Of a stretch of DNA of 44,690 bases, positions 1 to 7,842 are shown one piece after another. Position 1 is the first letter of the stretch. Every line of letters begins with the position of its first letter. Origin of the DNA: Candidatus Aenigmatarchaeota archaeon (GTDB lineage Archaea; Aenigmatarchaeota; Aenigmatarchaeia; PWEA01); assembly GCA_046539285.1 (NCBI GenBank), contig JBKHHH010000001.1:1-44690 (forward strand), written 5' to 3'. The translations under genes were made by a program, and so were the position numbers. The notes below the pieces were generated by a model. It had not been told where the DNA came from, made no database searches, and was given only the letters and a program-made list of their open reading frames with translations.

Positions 1-144
1 AACGTGGCAAAAATTAGAATAAAGTACGATCCTTCCGAGGAAAATGATAGTGAATACCTGGGGTTAATAGAATCAGTTGAGGATTCCATCAATAGATGTC
101 CGTGGGCTCAGGAAGACTCTGATGTTGCTGAATATAGTACTTAA
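1..144 (+). CDS. 3' end of an unidentified protein-coding gene (partial, runs off window start)
   Basis: Frame 1 is open from base 1 to TAA at 142-144 (...NRCPWAQEDSDVAEYST*). 47 residues, no recognisable family. Confidence 0.3.
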   Translation, partial: NVAKIRIKYDPSEENDSEYLGLIESVEDSINRCPWAQEDSDVAEYST

Positions 145-158
145 TTGGGTTTGTTAAT

Positions 159-401
159 TGGCGCCGGCGGCAGGAGTTTCAGAACCTCTCCCGAAAGAGA
201 CGTCCGTGTATTTTCGTGAACGTTTTTGCCGTCTATGGAAGCAGAGCTTCCAAGTGTTGGGAACTTCGTTCCCAAAATAGGCAAAAAGGTTCTTTTGAAC
301 CTGCGTGGGCGGAAGCCCAGTGGATGTCTCGCTGTCATCCTCGCGTCAACACATCCGCGGACTCGAGTCCACCGCCTTAAACCTGACTCGGCCACACCGG
401 C
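159..401 (-). tRNA. tRNA-Ser(CGA) with two introns (36 nt at 37/38, coords 326-361; 118 nt in the T-loop at about 59/60, coords 176-293)
   Basis: Minus strand reads GCCGGTG-TG-GCC-GAGTCAGGTTTAA-GGC-G-GTGGA-CTCGAG[36]A-TCCAC-TGGGCTTCCGCCCAC-GCAGG-TTCAAA[118]T-CCTGC-CGCCGGC-G-CCA. All four stems pair, the long class II variable arm is present, and CCA is encoded. Confidence 0.85.
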
Positions 402-424
402 GCGTGAAACTATTTTATCGGAGA

Positions 425-435
425 AAATTTATAAG
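425..435 (-). promoter_or_regulatory. TATA-box candidate for tRNA-Ser(CGA)
   Basis: Minus strand CTTATAAATTT is centred about 29 nt upstream of the tRNA 5' end at 401. Confidence 0.4.
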
Positions 436-470
436 TTAAGGTCCTTGAAGAATCATAAAGAGACAACTAT

Positions 471-517
471 CCTGACAAAAAAGAAAAATAAAAAGGAAAG
501 GGCTTTGTTAAAAGCCC
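471..517 (-). terminator. Hairpin plus oligo-T tracts downstream of the lipoprotein gene
   Basis: GGGCTTT/AAAGCCC 7-bp stem (500-517) spans the stop codon. On the minus strand it is followed by TTTCCTTTTTATTTTTCTTTTTTG, and oligo-T is the usual archaeal termination signal. Confidence 0.4.
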
Positions 518-1071
518 GCTGATGGTTCTTCGACTTCTGCGTCTTCAGGCGGAAGGAAAAGGTCGTCGTCGAGGGACGGGTTCAGTTCCATTTCAGCCTC
601 CATGGATTCTTCTCCATAGTTGACATCGTGGGTTCCCTCACCATAGTTTTCTGCCCAGCTTTCGGTGGTTCTGATCATGTCTTCCATACTATCTTTGCCG
701 GCCTGCTCTACAAGGCTTCCTGTGATCTTTGTCCACTTCTCTTCTCCGGCCTGAGTAATGTACATTGCTGTTTCGTCGCTGTTGTATATGACCACATAAT
801 CCTCGCCTGTTGATTCTATTCGCCAGTCGTGATCTTCTGTATCCATGTTTCTAGCTCTAATTCTCATTCCTTTGTCAAATTCTCCTCCTTCGTAACCTAC
901 CCAGGTTGCATCTACGCTTGAGATCTCTGGGGATGTGTTTTCTTCACCGCCGTTTTCAGGAGCCCCATTGGTATCGGTAGGTTCACCGCCCGTGCAACCG
1001 GAGACAACCGTTACAGCAAACAATATGAGAACCAGAACTACGAATCTCGATTTATTCGAGTTTAAATTCAT
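508..1071 (-). CDS. Secreted acidic lipoprotein-like protein, unknown function
   Basis: The ATG at 1071 is preceded by GGAGGTGA; the track's GTG start at 1080 lies inside this SD. N-terminus is MNLNSNKSRFVVLVLILFAVTVVSGC, a signal peptide with a lipobox-like Cys. The remainder is D/E-rich. Confidence 0.6.
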   Translation of the reverse strand: MNLNSNKSRFVVLVLILFAVTVVSGCTGGEPTDTNGAPENGGEENTSPEISSVDATWVGYEGGEFDKGMRIRARNMDTEDHDWRIESTGEDYVVIYNSDETAMYITQAGEEKWTKITGSLVEQAGKDSMEDMIRTTESWAENYGEGTHDVNYGEESMEAEMELNPSLDDDLFLPPEDAEVEEPSAGF

Positions 1072-1269
1072 GTTTGTCACCTCCTTACAAAAGGATGATT
1101 TAGTTTTAGTTCCCTAAGATTATAAAAATTAACCTCTCGTCTTTTGAACCACTCTCAAGAACTCATAAATTGTTTGAGGAGTTTAATCGGAATGAGTAAA
1201 GATCTTCTCGAATTTGATGCGGACAGAATATACGAATAGGGTGATAAACGCTGTATTAGAAAATAGTAA

Positions 1270-2382
1270 TCAGATATCCAAGCTCTCGACCGCTTCCTCG
1301 GCCCCTAAGTCCTTTTCTATTTCCTCTATTCTTTCTTCACTTTTCCTGTTCTTTTCTTTTCCTTTACAGTCCATTTTCTTCATCTCCAGGTCTTCGCTTA
1401 TCTCACGACACCTGTCTCTTATCTCTTTGCGGTTGAAACCTATCAAGGGTCTGATCACTGGCATCTCGACGGCCAGATCCTGTATCCTGTAGAGGTCGAA
1501 ATCGTTGTCCGGCTTGTTTCCGGCCTCGCCGCTGATTATCGCCTTGGCGTTTTCGTCTTCGGCCAGCCTTTCCGCCACCCTGTAAAGAAATCTCTTGCAG
1601 AGCAGGCAGTTGATCTTTTCTTCTGTATTCTCTTCAAAGTTGAATATCCGGCTGCCTAGATCGAAGTTTTTCACCTCTAGATCTGCTCCGTAGCTCCAGC
1701 TCTTTAGTATTTCCAGGCTCTGTTCCATCCTTCCTCCGTCTTCTCTGTATGGACTTGTATTTCCATAGAGAAGAATGGGCTCGCATCCTCTTTTCATCAT
1801 CAGCCACGTGGCCAGAAACGAATTGCAGTCGCCGTTGAACAGGGAGACAACCTTGCCCTGTGTCCCCAACGGAAGTCCGCCCGGCCCGTCTATTTTCTCG
1901 CCGAAGATATAGCATCTGTTCTGTCGAACTTCCAGGAAGATGGTCTTGTCCGGATTGTCCAGATCGACCTCTCTGTTCATTCTTTCCAATATTTCGGCTC
2001 CGACCTGTTCTTCCACGTCCTTGGAGCTGAAGGCGTGCTGCCCGGTTCTTCGAGCCCGGACGGCGAAAGTCTCGTTTTCTTTGATCTTTTCCTCGGCCAG
2101 ATCACCGGCAACTTCCTTCATTTTCTCCAGATCGGTCTCGATCTTAATCGCCGGCGAGAGACTTACGATCCCAAAGACGCGTTCTAAGACGTCCGATGCA
2201 GCCTCTACTTCTTTCGTATGGACGAAAACACGGCCGTAGCCTCTTTCCACCTCACCCTCTACACTCCTTTGTTCGAGGCCGGATCGGATGTTTTCCATAA
2301 GTCTATCTTCAAAGCTACGTCGGACCCAGTCGCTCTTCAGGCCTATCTCACCATATCGGATCAAAATTACATCGTAGTTCAT
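1270..2382 (-). CDS. ThiI-like tRNA-modification protein (N-terminal ferredoxin-like + THUMP + PP-loop-type domain) with degenerate PP-loop
   Basis: N-terminus ILIRYGEIGLKS and the THUMP-like region FAVRARR...IFLEV resemble ThiI. The expected SGGxDS motif reads NGDCNS. There is a K/E-rich C-terminal tail. Confidence 0.65.
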   Translation of the reverse strand: MNYDVILIRYGEIGLKSDWVRRSFEDRLMENIRSGLEQRSVEGEVERGYGRVFVHTKEVEAASDVLERVFGIVSLSPAIKIETDLEKMKEVAGDLAEEKIKENETFAVRARRTGQHAFSSKDVEEQVGAEILERMNREVDLDNPDKTIFLEVRQNRCYIFGEKIDGPGGLPLGTQGKVVSLFNGDCNSFLATWLMMKRGCEPILLYGNTSPYREDGGRMEQSLEILKSWSYGADLEVKNFDLGSRIFNFEENTEEKINCLLCKRFLYRVAERLAEDENAKAIISGEAGNKPDNDFDLYRIQDLAVEMPVIRPLIGFNRKEIRDRCREISEDLEMKKMDCKGKEKNRKSEERIEEIEKDLGAEEAVESLDI

Positions 2383-2446
2383 TCTATCAACTGGTTACAG
2401 AGTTTTTGGTTTGAGATATTTAACATTTCGGCATCCTTTCTAAATT

Positions 2447-2815
2447 ATGAAAGATGTTTCAATCCCGGAGGAAGAGGAACTGATAGAGGAAATCATGGAA
2501 CTATCAGGCGAGGATCTTGTTTTACTTTCGAAAATAGAGAGGACCTACCGAGAAGAAGAAATATTGAAAATGGAGTTAAAGGAAATATCTGATGATTATG
2601 TTTTGGAAGAAGGCCCGTCTTATCTTGATCCTCACGAATACTTTCTTCTTGAGACAGAGACTGTACCGCCAGAGATTGAAAGTAAACTGCACGAACTCAG
2701 TGAAATAGAGAAGAAGAGGATTGAATATTTGAAAGAGAGCAAGAAAAGCGAAGACCTCAGCGAGCTTGACTTGATGCAGACAATGTATGAAAAATATTCA
2801 TTGAAAGACGATTAG
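2447..2815 (+). CDS. Small acidic hypothetical protein
   Basis: 122-aa ATG-initiated ORF with no recognisable family. Its stop codon overlaps the pyrG stop on the opposite strand. Confidence 0.45.
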   Translation: MKDVSIPEEEELIEEIMELSGEDLVLLSKIERTYREEEILKMELKEISDDYVLEEGPSYLDPHEYFLLETETVPPEIESKLHELSEIEKKRIEYLKESKKSEDLSELDLMQTMYEKYSLKDD

Positions 2816-4416
2816 CTTAGACAAGACTTGAGAAATTCTTCGAAGACCGGATTCGGTTCTTCGAACTGCGAAGTGAACTCGGGATGGAACTGTGTCCCGA
2901 GGAAGAAAGGATGATCTTCTAACTCTATGACCTGGACTATCTGGTTTTCTCCCTGAGCCCTTCCGGAAAGAACAAGTTCGTTTTCTTCCAGTATATCATG
3001 ATATTCGGGGTTGACCTCGTAGCGGTGACGGAATCTTTCCTTGATCTCTTCCTCTCCGTATATTTCCCTCGCTTTAGTACCCTGTTTCAGTTCTGTATAC
3101 TGTCCGCCGAGACGCATCGTCCCGCCCTTGGCCTTGACGTGCTTCTGCTCCGGTAGCAGGTCGACCACGGGATGCTCCGTCTCTTCGTCGACTTCCGTCG
3201 AATTGGCGCCTTCCAGACCGCATCTATTCCGCGCGAACTCGGTCACCATCAGCTGAAGTCCAAAACATAATCCAAGGAGTGGGATATTGTTCTCCCGGCA
3301 GTGTTCGACTACTTTGATCTTTCCTTCGGCACCACGTGATCCGAAGCCGCCGGGTATGATTATACCGTCCACGCCTTCGACTTCCCCTTCAACCGTGATC
3401 TCCCCTTCTTCGATGTCGGTCGTCTCGATGAACTTTATCTCCGTGTTGCATTTGAGAGCGGCGCTGCAGTGTTTGAGTGCTTCTTTGATCGAGACGTAGG
3501 AGTCCTTTAGTTTTGTGTACTTGCCGCAGAGGGCGACCGTCGCCTCCTCTTCCGGGTTTTCCAGATTGTGGACCAGTTCCCGCCATTCTTCCAGGTCCTT
3601 ACCCCTGTCTTCAAGGCCTAGTTCTTCGCTCACGGAGCCACCGAGTCCCTGATTCTGGAGGATCAACGGTATCTTGTAGACCCACTTGACATCTGGGTTT
3701 GAGACCACGTTTTTCTCCGGCACGTTGCAGAACAGAGATATCTTTCTTTTCGTCTTATCTGTAAGTTCGTTTTCGGCCCGGCCGATAATCACGTCCGCAT
3801 TCAGTCCGATGCTCTGCAGTTCTTTGATCGAGTGTTGCGTCGGCTTGGTTTTCTGTTCACCGACCGTCGGCAGGTAGGGAACGAGAGTTACGTGGATAAA
3901 ACAGGTATCTTCATCGGGTAGTTCCGATCTTAGCTGACGGATTGCCTCCAGATAGAAAAGGTTCTCGATGTCGCCGACCGTTCCCCCTATTTCTATCAAT
4001 ACAACCTCGGCGCCTTCCTCTTCCGCCACCTTTTCGAATCTCTCCTTGATCTCGTCCGTTACGTGGGGAATGATCTGCACAGTCTTGCCCAGATATTCAC
4101 CGGCCCTCTCCTTGTCGATGACTGATTTGAAGATCTTGCCCGAGGTCAGGTTCCAGTCAAATTTTCCTCTCTTGCCGAGAAACCGTTCGTAGTGGCCGAA
4201 GTCCATGTCGACCTCGCCACCGTCGTCGAGAACAAAGACCTCGCCGTGCTCGATCGGGTTCATCGTGCCTGGATCGACGTTCAGATAACCGTCACATTTT
4301 ATGGGCACGACGTCGTAACCTTTAGACTGTAGTATTTTGCCCAGAGAAGCGGAAACCAGACCCTTTCCGAGGCCGGATAACACACCGCCGGAAATGAAGA
4401 CCCACTTTCGCTGCAT
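2812..4416 (-). CDS. pyrG: CTP synthase
   Basis: 534 aa with the N-terminal synthetase motif FISGGVLSGLGKG and a C-terminal glutamine amidotransferase domain (GLCFGLQ, HPEF). Confidence 0.95.
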   Translation of the reverse strand: MQRKWVFISGGVLSGLGKGLVSASLGKILQSKGYDVVPIKCDGYLNVDPGTMNPIEHGEVFVLDDGGEVDMDFGHYERFLGKRGKFDWNLTSGKIFKSVIDKERAGEYLGKTVQIIPHVTDEIKERFEKVAEEEGAEVVLIEIGGTVGDIENLFYLEAIRQLRSELPDEDTCFIHVTLVPYLPTVGEQKTKPTQHSIKELQSIGLNADVIIGRAENELTDKTKRKISLFCNVPEKNVVSNPDVKWVYKIPLILQNQGLGGSVSEELGLEDRGKDLEEWRELVHNLENPEEEATVALCGKYTKLKDSYVSIKEALKHCSAALKCNTEIKFIETTDIEEGEITVEGEVEGVDGIIIPGGFGSRGAEGKIKVVEHCRENNIPLLGLCFGLQLMVTEFARNRCGLEGANSTEVDEETEHPVVDLLPEQKHVKAKGGTMRLGGQYTELKQGTKAREIYGEEEIKERFRHRYEVNPEYHDILEENELVLSGRAQGENQIVQVIELEDHPFFLGTQFHPEFTSQFEEPNPVFEEFLKSCLS

Positions 4417-4472
4417 ATTAATATTTACAGAGACTGACTTTAAAATTTTTCTCTACTCGAGAACAGCTATTT

Positions 4473-5036
4473 CTAGCTGACATATTCTGAATCCCGAAGG
4501 AAGAACCGTAGTTGTCTATCTTGTCCGTGGCTGATGCCTATTCGACTGCTCTTGTCTATCTCCCTTTCCTCAACTTCTCTGCCTCTCTCAATCCGAATTT
4601 CTGCGTCCTCTTTGGTCACGTCGACGCCGTTTTGGTCTAGATCGATATCCATCGCCTGTGTAAGTTTCCCAGGCCCCGAAGTAAGTTGAGATTTGTCTCT
4701 TAGCCCGCGGTTGGATTTCATTTCATCGAGGCCCTCTCGGGGCTCTAAAGCACGGATCAGGACGGCGCCTGGTCTTCCCTTGCTGTGGGTAGTGATGTTG
4801 AGCAGATGGTACACACCATAGCAGAGATAGACATAAACCCGTCCCGGTTCGCCGAACATTACTCTATTTCTTTCCGTTTCACCATTGAAGGCATGTGAAG
4901 CAGGATCGTCCTCTCCGTAGTAGGCCTCCGTCTCTACTATCGTTCCTGACATCCCATCTTTGATCAGAACCTTGCCCAGCAGCCCCCGGGCTACAGTAGC
5001 TGCATCCCTTTCGTAGAAGTCACGTGATAGCGGCAT
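4473..5036 (-). CDS. mpg: DNA-3-methyladenine glycosylase (Mpg/AAG family)
   Basis: FYERDAATVARGLLGKVL, ETEAYYGEDDPASHAF and GRVYVY are characteristic of the MPG family. Confidence 0.85.
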   Translation of the reverse strand: MPLSRDFYERDAATVARGLLGKVLIKDGMSGTIVETEAYYGEDDPASHAFNGETERNRVMFGEPGRVYVYLCYGVYHLLNITTHSKGRPGAVLIRALEPREGLDEMKSNRGLRDKSQLTSGPGKLTQAMDIDLDQNGVDVTKEDAEIRIERGREVEEREIDKSSRIGISHGQDRQLRFFLRDSEYVS

Positions 5037-5040
5037 TTTA

Positions 5041-5184
5041 TCACAACCAGGACATCAGACCCTTGCCGATGAGTATCAGCCCAAGGATCCAGAAAACGAT
5101 GGCGAACTTGCCATAATGGGTTCTAGCTAAGATTAGGAGTAGTCCTGCTAGGATATCGACCGTGCCGAGTAGTTTTGCCGACAT
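5041..5184 (-). CDS. Small two-helix membrane protein (47 aa), not in the ORF track
   Basis: Hand translation gives MSAKLLGTVDILAGLLLILARTHYGKFAIVFWILGLILIGKGLMSWL*. Its ATG overlaps the TAA of the upstream channel gene (TAATG), and its stop lies 4 nt before the mpg ATG. Confidence 0.45.
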   Translation of the reverse strand: MSAKLLGTVDILAGLLLILARTHYGKFAIVFWILGLILIGKGLMSWL

Positions 5185-5957
5185 TATTCTTCTTCCGTGC
5201 TCAGTGTTTCCAGCTCACCGGCCTCTTCCATCTTGAGTAGAGAAGTGGCTAGCTGGCGGCCACCGACAACCTCCGGCCGGACAACTACCTGGGCTCCTAC
5301 CTTGTGCAGCCGCTTAACGGCTTTTTCGTCGCTGGCTTTCCCGGCTAGAATCAGGTCGGGGTTCAGATCCCGGGCCGACATCAGGACATATATATTGTCT
5401 GCGTCCTGGTCTAGAGCTGCAACCAATCCCTCGGCTTCTTTGATGTTCGCTTTTTTCAAGATCTCCTCGTCCATCGGGTTGCCCTGTAGAGCCGGTACCT
5501 TGCTTTCGGTTCCCTTCAGCTTGTCCGTGTCCTCTTCGATGATCACATATTCCTGGTTGTTGTTTTCCAAAGTCTCGGCTACGTACTTACCCAGTTTTGT
5601 GTAACCGCAGATGATGATGTGGTCTTTTTCTTTTCTCATTTTTGCAAATTCACCTCTTATTTTGCCTAGTACATTTCGAATCCTCCCTTCGAGTATTATT
5701 TTAGCCAGTTGGGAGGCAACGTAAAGGAAGACGCCCATTCCGGTCAAGACCAAGATCATCGTCAACCAGAGACCTTCTACGGTGTTCGGTCCGGCCGTGA
5801 AAGCGCCTACCGTGGTGACGGAAAGGACAACGTAATACAACGATTCAACAAATGTGTAGCCTTCGACTCGACTGTAGGCAAGGGCCCCGCCGACAAAGAT
5901 TATTGCGACGAAGGTAAGTCCCCAGAGAAGCTTGCCCATGTCCTTTCTTCCGTCCAT
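5184..5957 (-). CDS. MthK-like 2-TM cation channel with C-terminal RCK/TrkA-N domain
   Basis: Layout is TM1, pore helix, filter (SVTTVGAFT), TM2, then the Rossmann-like HIIICGYTKLGKYVAETL. The filter deviates from TVGYGD. Confidence 0.8.
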   Translation of the reverse strand: MDGRKDMGKLLWGLTFVAIIFVGGALAYSRVEGYTFVESLYYVVLSVTTVGAFTAGPNTVEGLWLTMILVLTGMGVFLYVASQLAKIILEGRIRNVLGKIRGEFAKMRKEKDHIIICGYTKLGKYVAETLENNNQEYVIIEEDTDKLKGTESKVPALQGNPMDEEILKKANIKEAEGLVAALDQDADNIYVLMSARDLNPDLILAGKASDEKAVKRLHKVGAQVVVRPEVVGGRQLATSLLKMEEAGELETLSTEEE

Positions 5958-5974
5958 AACCTAAACTTACTTTG

Positions 5975-5992
5975 TTTTTTATTTAAAATTTT
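5975..5992. promoter_or_regulatory. Near-palindromic TATA element shared by two divergent genes
   Basis: TTTTTTATTTAAAATTTT is centred about 28 nt from the ATG at 5957 (minus) and about 25 nt from the ATG at 6010 (plus). Confidence 0.4.
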
Positions 5993-6009
5993 GTTATTTA
6001 AGATATATT

Positions 6010-6609
6010 ATGAACCGTACGGAGCTGGAGATAAAGCTTGAGAGACTGGACAGCTTCTCCGAGCCTAAGCCTGAACTGGAGCAGTATCAGACCCCGCCGT
6101 CTATAGCGGCCGATCTTCTCTGGAGCCTGTATATGAACGGCGAGCTGGAGGGAAAGAAGGTCGTCGACCTGGGCTGTGGAACCGGACTGCTTGCGATCGG
6201 GGCCAAGCTACTCGGTGCCGGAGAAGTGGTGGCTGTAGATAAGGACAGGGAGGCGATAAGATTGGCCGAGGCGAACGCAAGAAGCCTGGGTCTGAACGTT
6301 GAGTTTGTATGTGAGGAGATAGAGAACGTGGATCTGAGAGCCGATCTTGTTCTCCAGAACCCACCCTTTGGATCGCAGGAAAAGGGCAGTGACCGCCCCT
6401 TTCTTGAAAAGGCTCTGGAAGTTGCTCCGATCGTCTATTCCTTTCATATGAAGGAGACGGACGGTTTTGTCCGCAAGTTCGTCGAGAGTTTGGACGGAAA
6501 GGTGGTCGATTGTGTGACCTTTGATTTTCCACTGAAGAGAACGATGCCTTGGCACGAGAAAGAGAAAAAACTAATCGAAGTAAATCTTTACAGTATTGAA
6601 AGAAAGTAG
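6010..6609 (+). CDS. METTL5-like SAM-dependent N6-adenine RNA methyltransferase (COG2263 type)
   Basis: Has the SAM motif VVDLGCGTGLLAIGA and the catalytic NPPFG. The size (199 aa) fits this family. Confidence 0.75.
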   Translation: MNRTELEIKLERLDSFSEPKPELEQYQTPPSIAADLLWSLYMNGELEGKKVVDLGCGTGLLAIGAKLLGAGEVVAVDKDREAIRLAEANARSLGLNVEFVCEEIENVDLRADLVLQNPPFGSQEKGSDRPFLEKALEVAPIVYSFHMKETDGFVRKFVESLDGKVVDCVTFDFPLKRTMPWHEKEKKLIEVNLYSIERK

Positions 6610-6990
6610 TTACTCGGCTCGAACTGCATTGATCTGTCCGTCCTGTCCCGGTCGCGAAGTTATCTTTGCCTTCCCGTTCTCTGTTTCGACCACAGTTCCC
6701 TTGGTCAGAATGTTTCTCCGCGCGAGATGCGGGTTGGACGGAGTCTCGAGCACGTTTTTGATTTTTTCTTTCTTTGTCTTCCCTGCTTCTGGATCGGTTA
6801 CATTGGCCTCGCTGGCGAACCTCAGCCGCGTCTTCTCATTCTTCTTGCCTCTGGTTTCGACGAACTTTCGTCTCTCTTCGTCGGCCAGCTTGCAGTCCAG
6901 AGTCTCGCGACCGAGCTGATGCTTTCTGTGCTTGCGCTTCTTGGTTTTCTTCCCGCCGGATATCTTTCTTCTGGATTCTTTGTGCCACAT
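6610..6990 (-). CDS. rps8e: 30S ribosomal protein S8e
   Basis: MWHKESRRKISGGKKTKKRKHRKHQLGRE... matches the eS8 N-terminus; 126 aa. Confidence 0.9.
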   Translation of the reverse strand: MWHKESRRKISGGKKTKKRKHRKHQLGRETLDCKLADEERRKFVETRGKKNEKTRLRFASEANVTDPEAGKTKKEKIKNVLETPSNPHLARRNILTKGTVVETENGKAKITSRPGQDGQINAVRAE

Positions 6991-7013
6991 AATTTGACCA
7001 ATTGTCTTTTCTA

Positions 7014-7024
7014 TACTTAAATAT
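7014..7024 (-). promoter_or_regulatory. TATA-box candidate for rps8e (leaderless or near-leaderless)
   Basis: Minus strand ATATTTAAGTA is centred about 29 nt upstream of the ATG at 6990. Confidence 0.35.
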
Positions 7025-7035
7025 CTGTCCCCATA

Positions 7036-7046
7036 ATTTTAAATAT
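7036..7046 (+). promoter_or_regulatory. TATA-box candidate for the LSm-L37e-aEF1beta unit
   Basis: ATTTTAAATAT lies about 33 nt upstream of the ATG at 7074. Confidence 0.35.
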
Positions 7047-7073
7047 CAAGTAAAGAAATTCAAAGTTGATACA

Positions 7074-7319
7074 ATGTCAGAAAACGGAAAAAGACCACTG
7101 GACGCTCTTGAAAGAGCACGAGACAAGAGAGTAATTGTCAAGATAAAACCACATGGAGATCAAGAAAACAGCAGCGAAGTTGTTGGAACCTTAAAGGCTT
7201 TTGACCTGCATCTCAACCTCTGGTTGGAGAACGCAGAGAGAAGGGCCAGCGATGCTACTACCAAGTTGGGTACCGTAGTGATCCGAGGCGACAACGTGTT
7301 GTTGGTTTCTCCTGAATAG
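7074..7319 (+). CDS. Sm-like archaeal protein (LSm/SmAP)
   Basis: Sm1/Sm2 motifs are present (VIVKIK...GTLKAFDLHLNLWLENAE...VVIRGDNVLLVSP). It sits in the conserved LSm-L37e gene pair. The start is taken at the internal ATG 7074 rather than the track start 7002. Confidence 0.85.
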   Translation: MSENGKRPLDALERARDKRVIVKIKPHGDQENSSEVVGTLKAFDLHLNLWLENAERRASDATTKLGTVVIRGDNVLLVSPE

Positions 7320-7362
7320 AAAGATTTTTAAGCCTTCGTTCTGAAGTTTAGGTGGTGATATA

Positions 7363-7548
7363 ATGGCAAAGGGTACGCCATCCTCTGGAAAAAAGAAGAA
7401 AGGAACGCACGGTATCTGCCGACGTTGTGGGAAGAAGGCCTTTAACATCAGCAAGGGTTATTGTGCAGCCTGTGGCTTCGGCAAGACCAAGAAAATGAAG
7501 GACGAGAACTGGAAGAACAAAAAGATAAGCGGAGAAAGAAAGGAGTGA
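7363..7548 (+). CDS. rpl37e: 50S ribosomal protein L37e
   Basis: [40 protein letters not shown] carries the eL37 zinc-ribbon signature. Confidence 0.9.
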   Translation: MAKGTPSSGKKKKGTHGICRRCGKKAFNISKGYCAACGFGKTKKMKDENWKNKKISGERKE

Positions 7549-7553
7549 TATAG

Positions 7554-7808
7554 ATGGGAGAAGTAGCAATTCGAGTTAAAGTTTCACCGGAAAGTCCGGA
7601 GATAGATCTTGAACCTTTGGAAGAAAAGGTCCGTGACCAGTTTCCGGTCAAGGATGTTCAGGAGGAAGCCATTGGCTTTGGACTCAGTGCCCTGAAATTC
7701 TTGATTGTCAGAGATGAAGACGAAGGCGGGACCGACGACATTGAGAACGAGCTGGAGAAAGTAGAGGGAGTAGCTTCCGTCGAGGTCGAAGACGTAACAC
7801 TTCTTTAG
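7554..7808 (+). CDS. Elongation factor 1-beta (aEF-1beta)
   Basis: 84 aa with VKVSPESPEIDLE...IGFGLSALKFLIV...VEGVASVEVEDVTL, typical of aEF-1beta. Confidence 0.9.
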   Translation: MGEVAIRVKVSPESPEIDLEPLEEKVRDQFPVKDVQEEAIGFGLSALKFLIVRDEDEGGTDDIENELEKVEGVASVEVEDVTLL

Positions 7809-7842
7809 CAATTATAAATAGTTTCTGTTGTATCTCTTTTCT

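Noticed and set aside
141-522. Track ORFs 141..395 (-) and 226..522 (+). I also first read the GC-rich block closed by a terminal helix as an SRP RNA or RNase P RNA.
   Set aside because: The minus strand resolves exactly into tRNA-Ser(CGA) exons (D-arm GCCGAGTCAGGTTTAAGGC, anticodon arm, variable arm, T-arm, acceptor, CCA) separated by two introns. No SRP helix-8 or RNase P CR-I/CR-V motifs are present. The ORFs have Arg/Pro-rich composition typical of reading through structured RNA.
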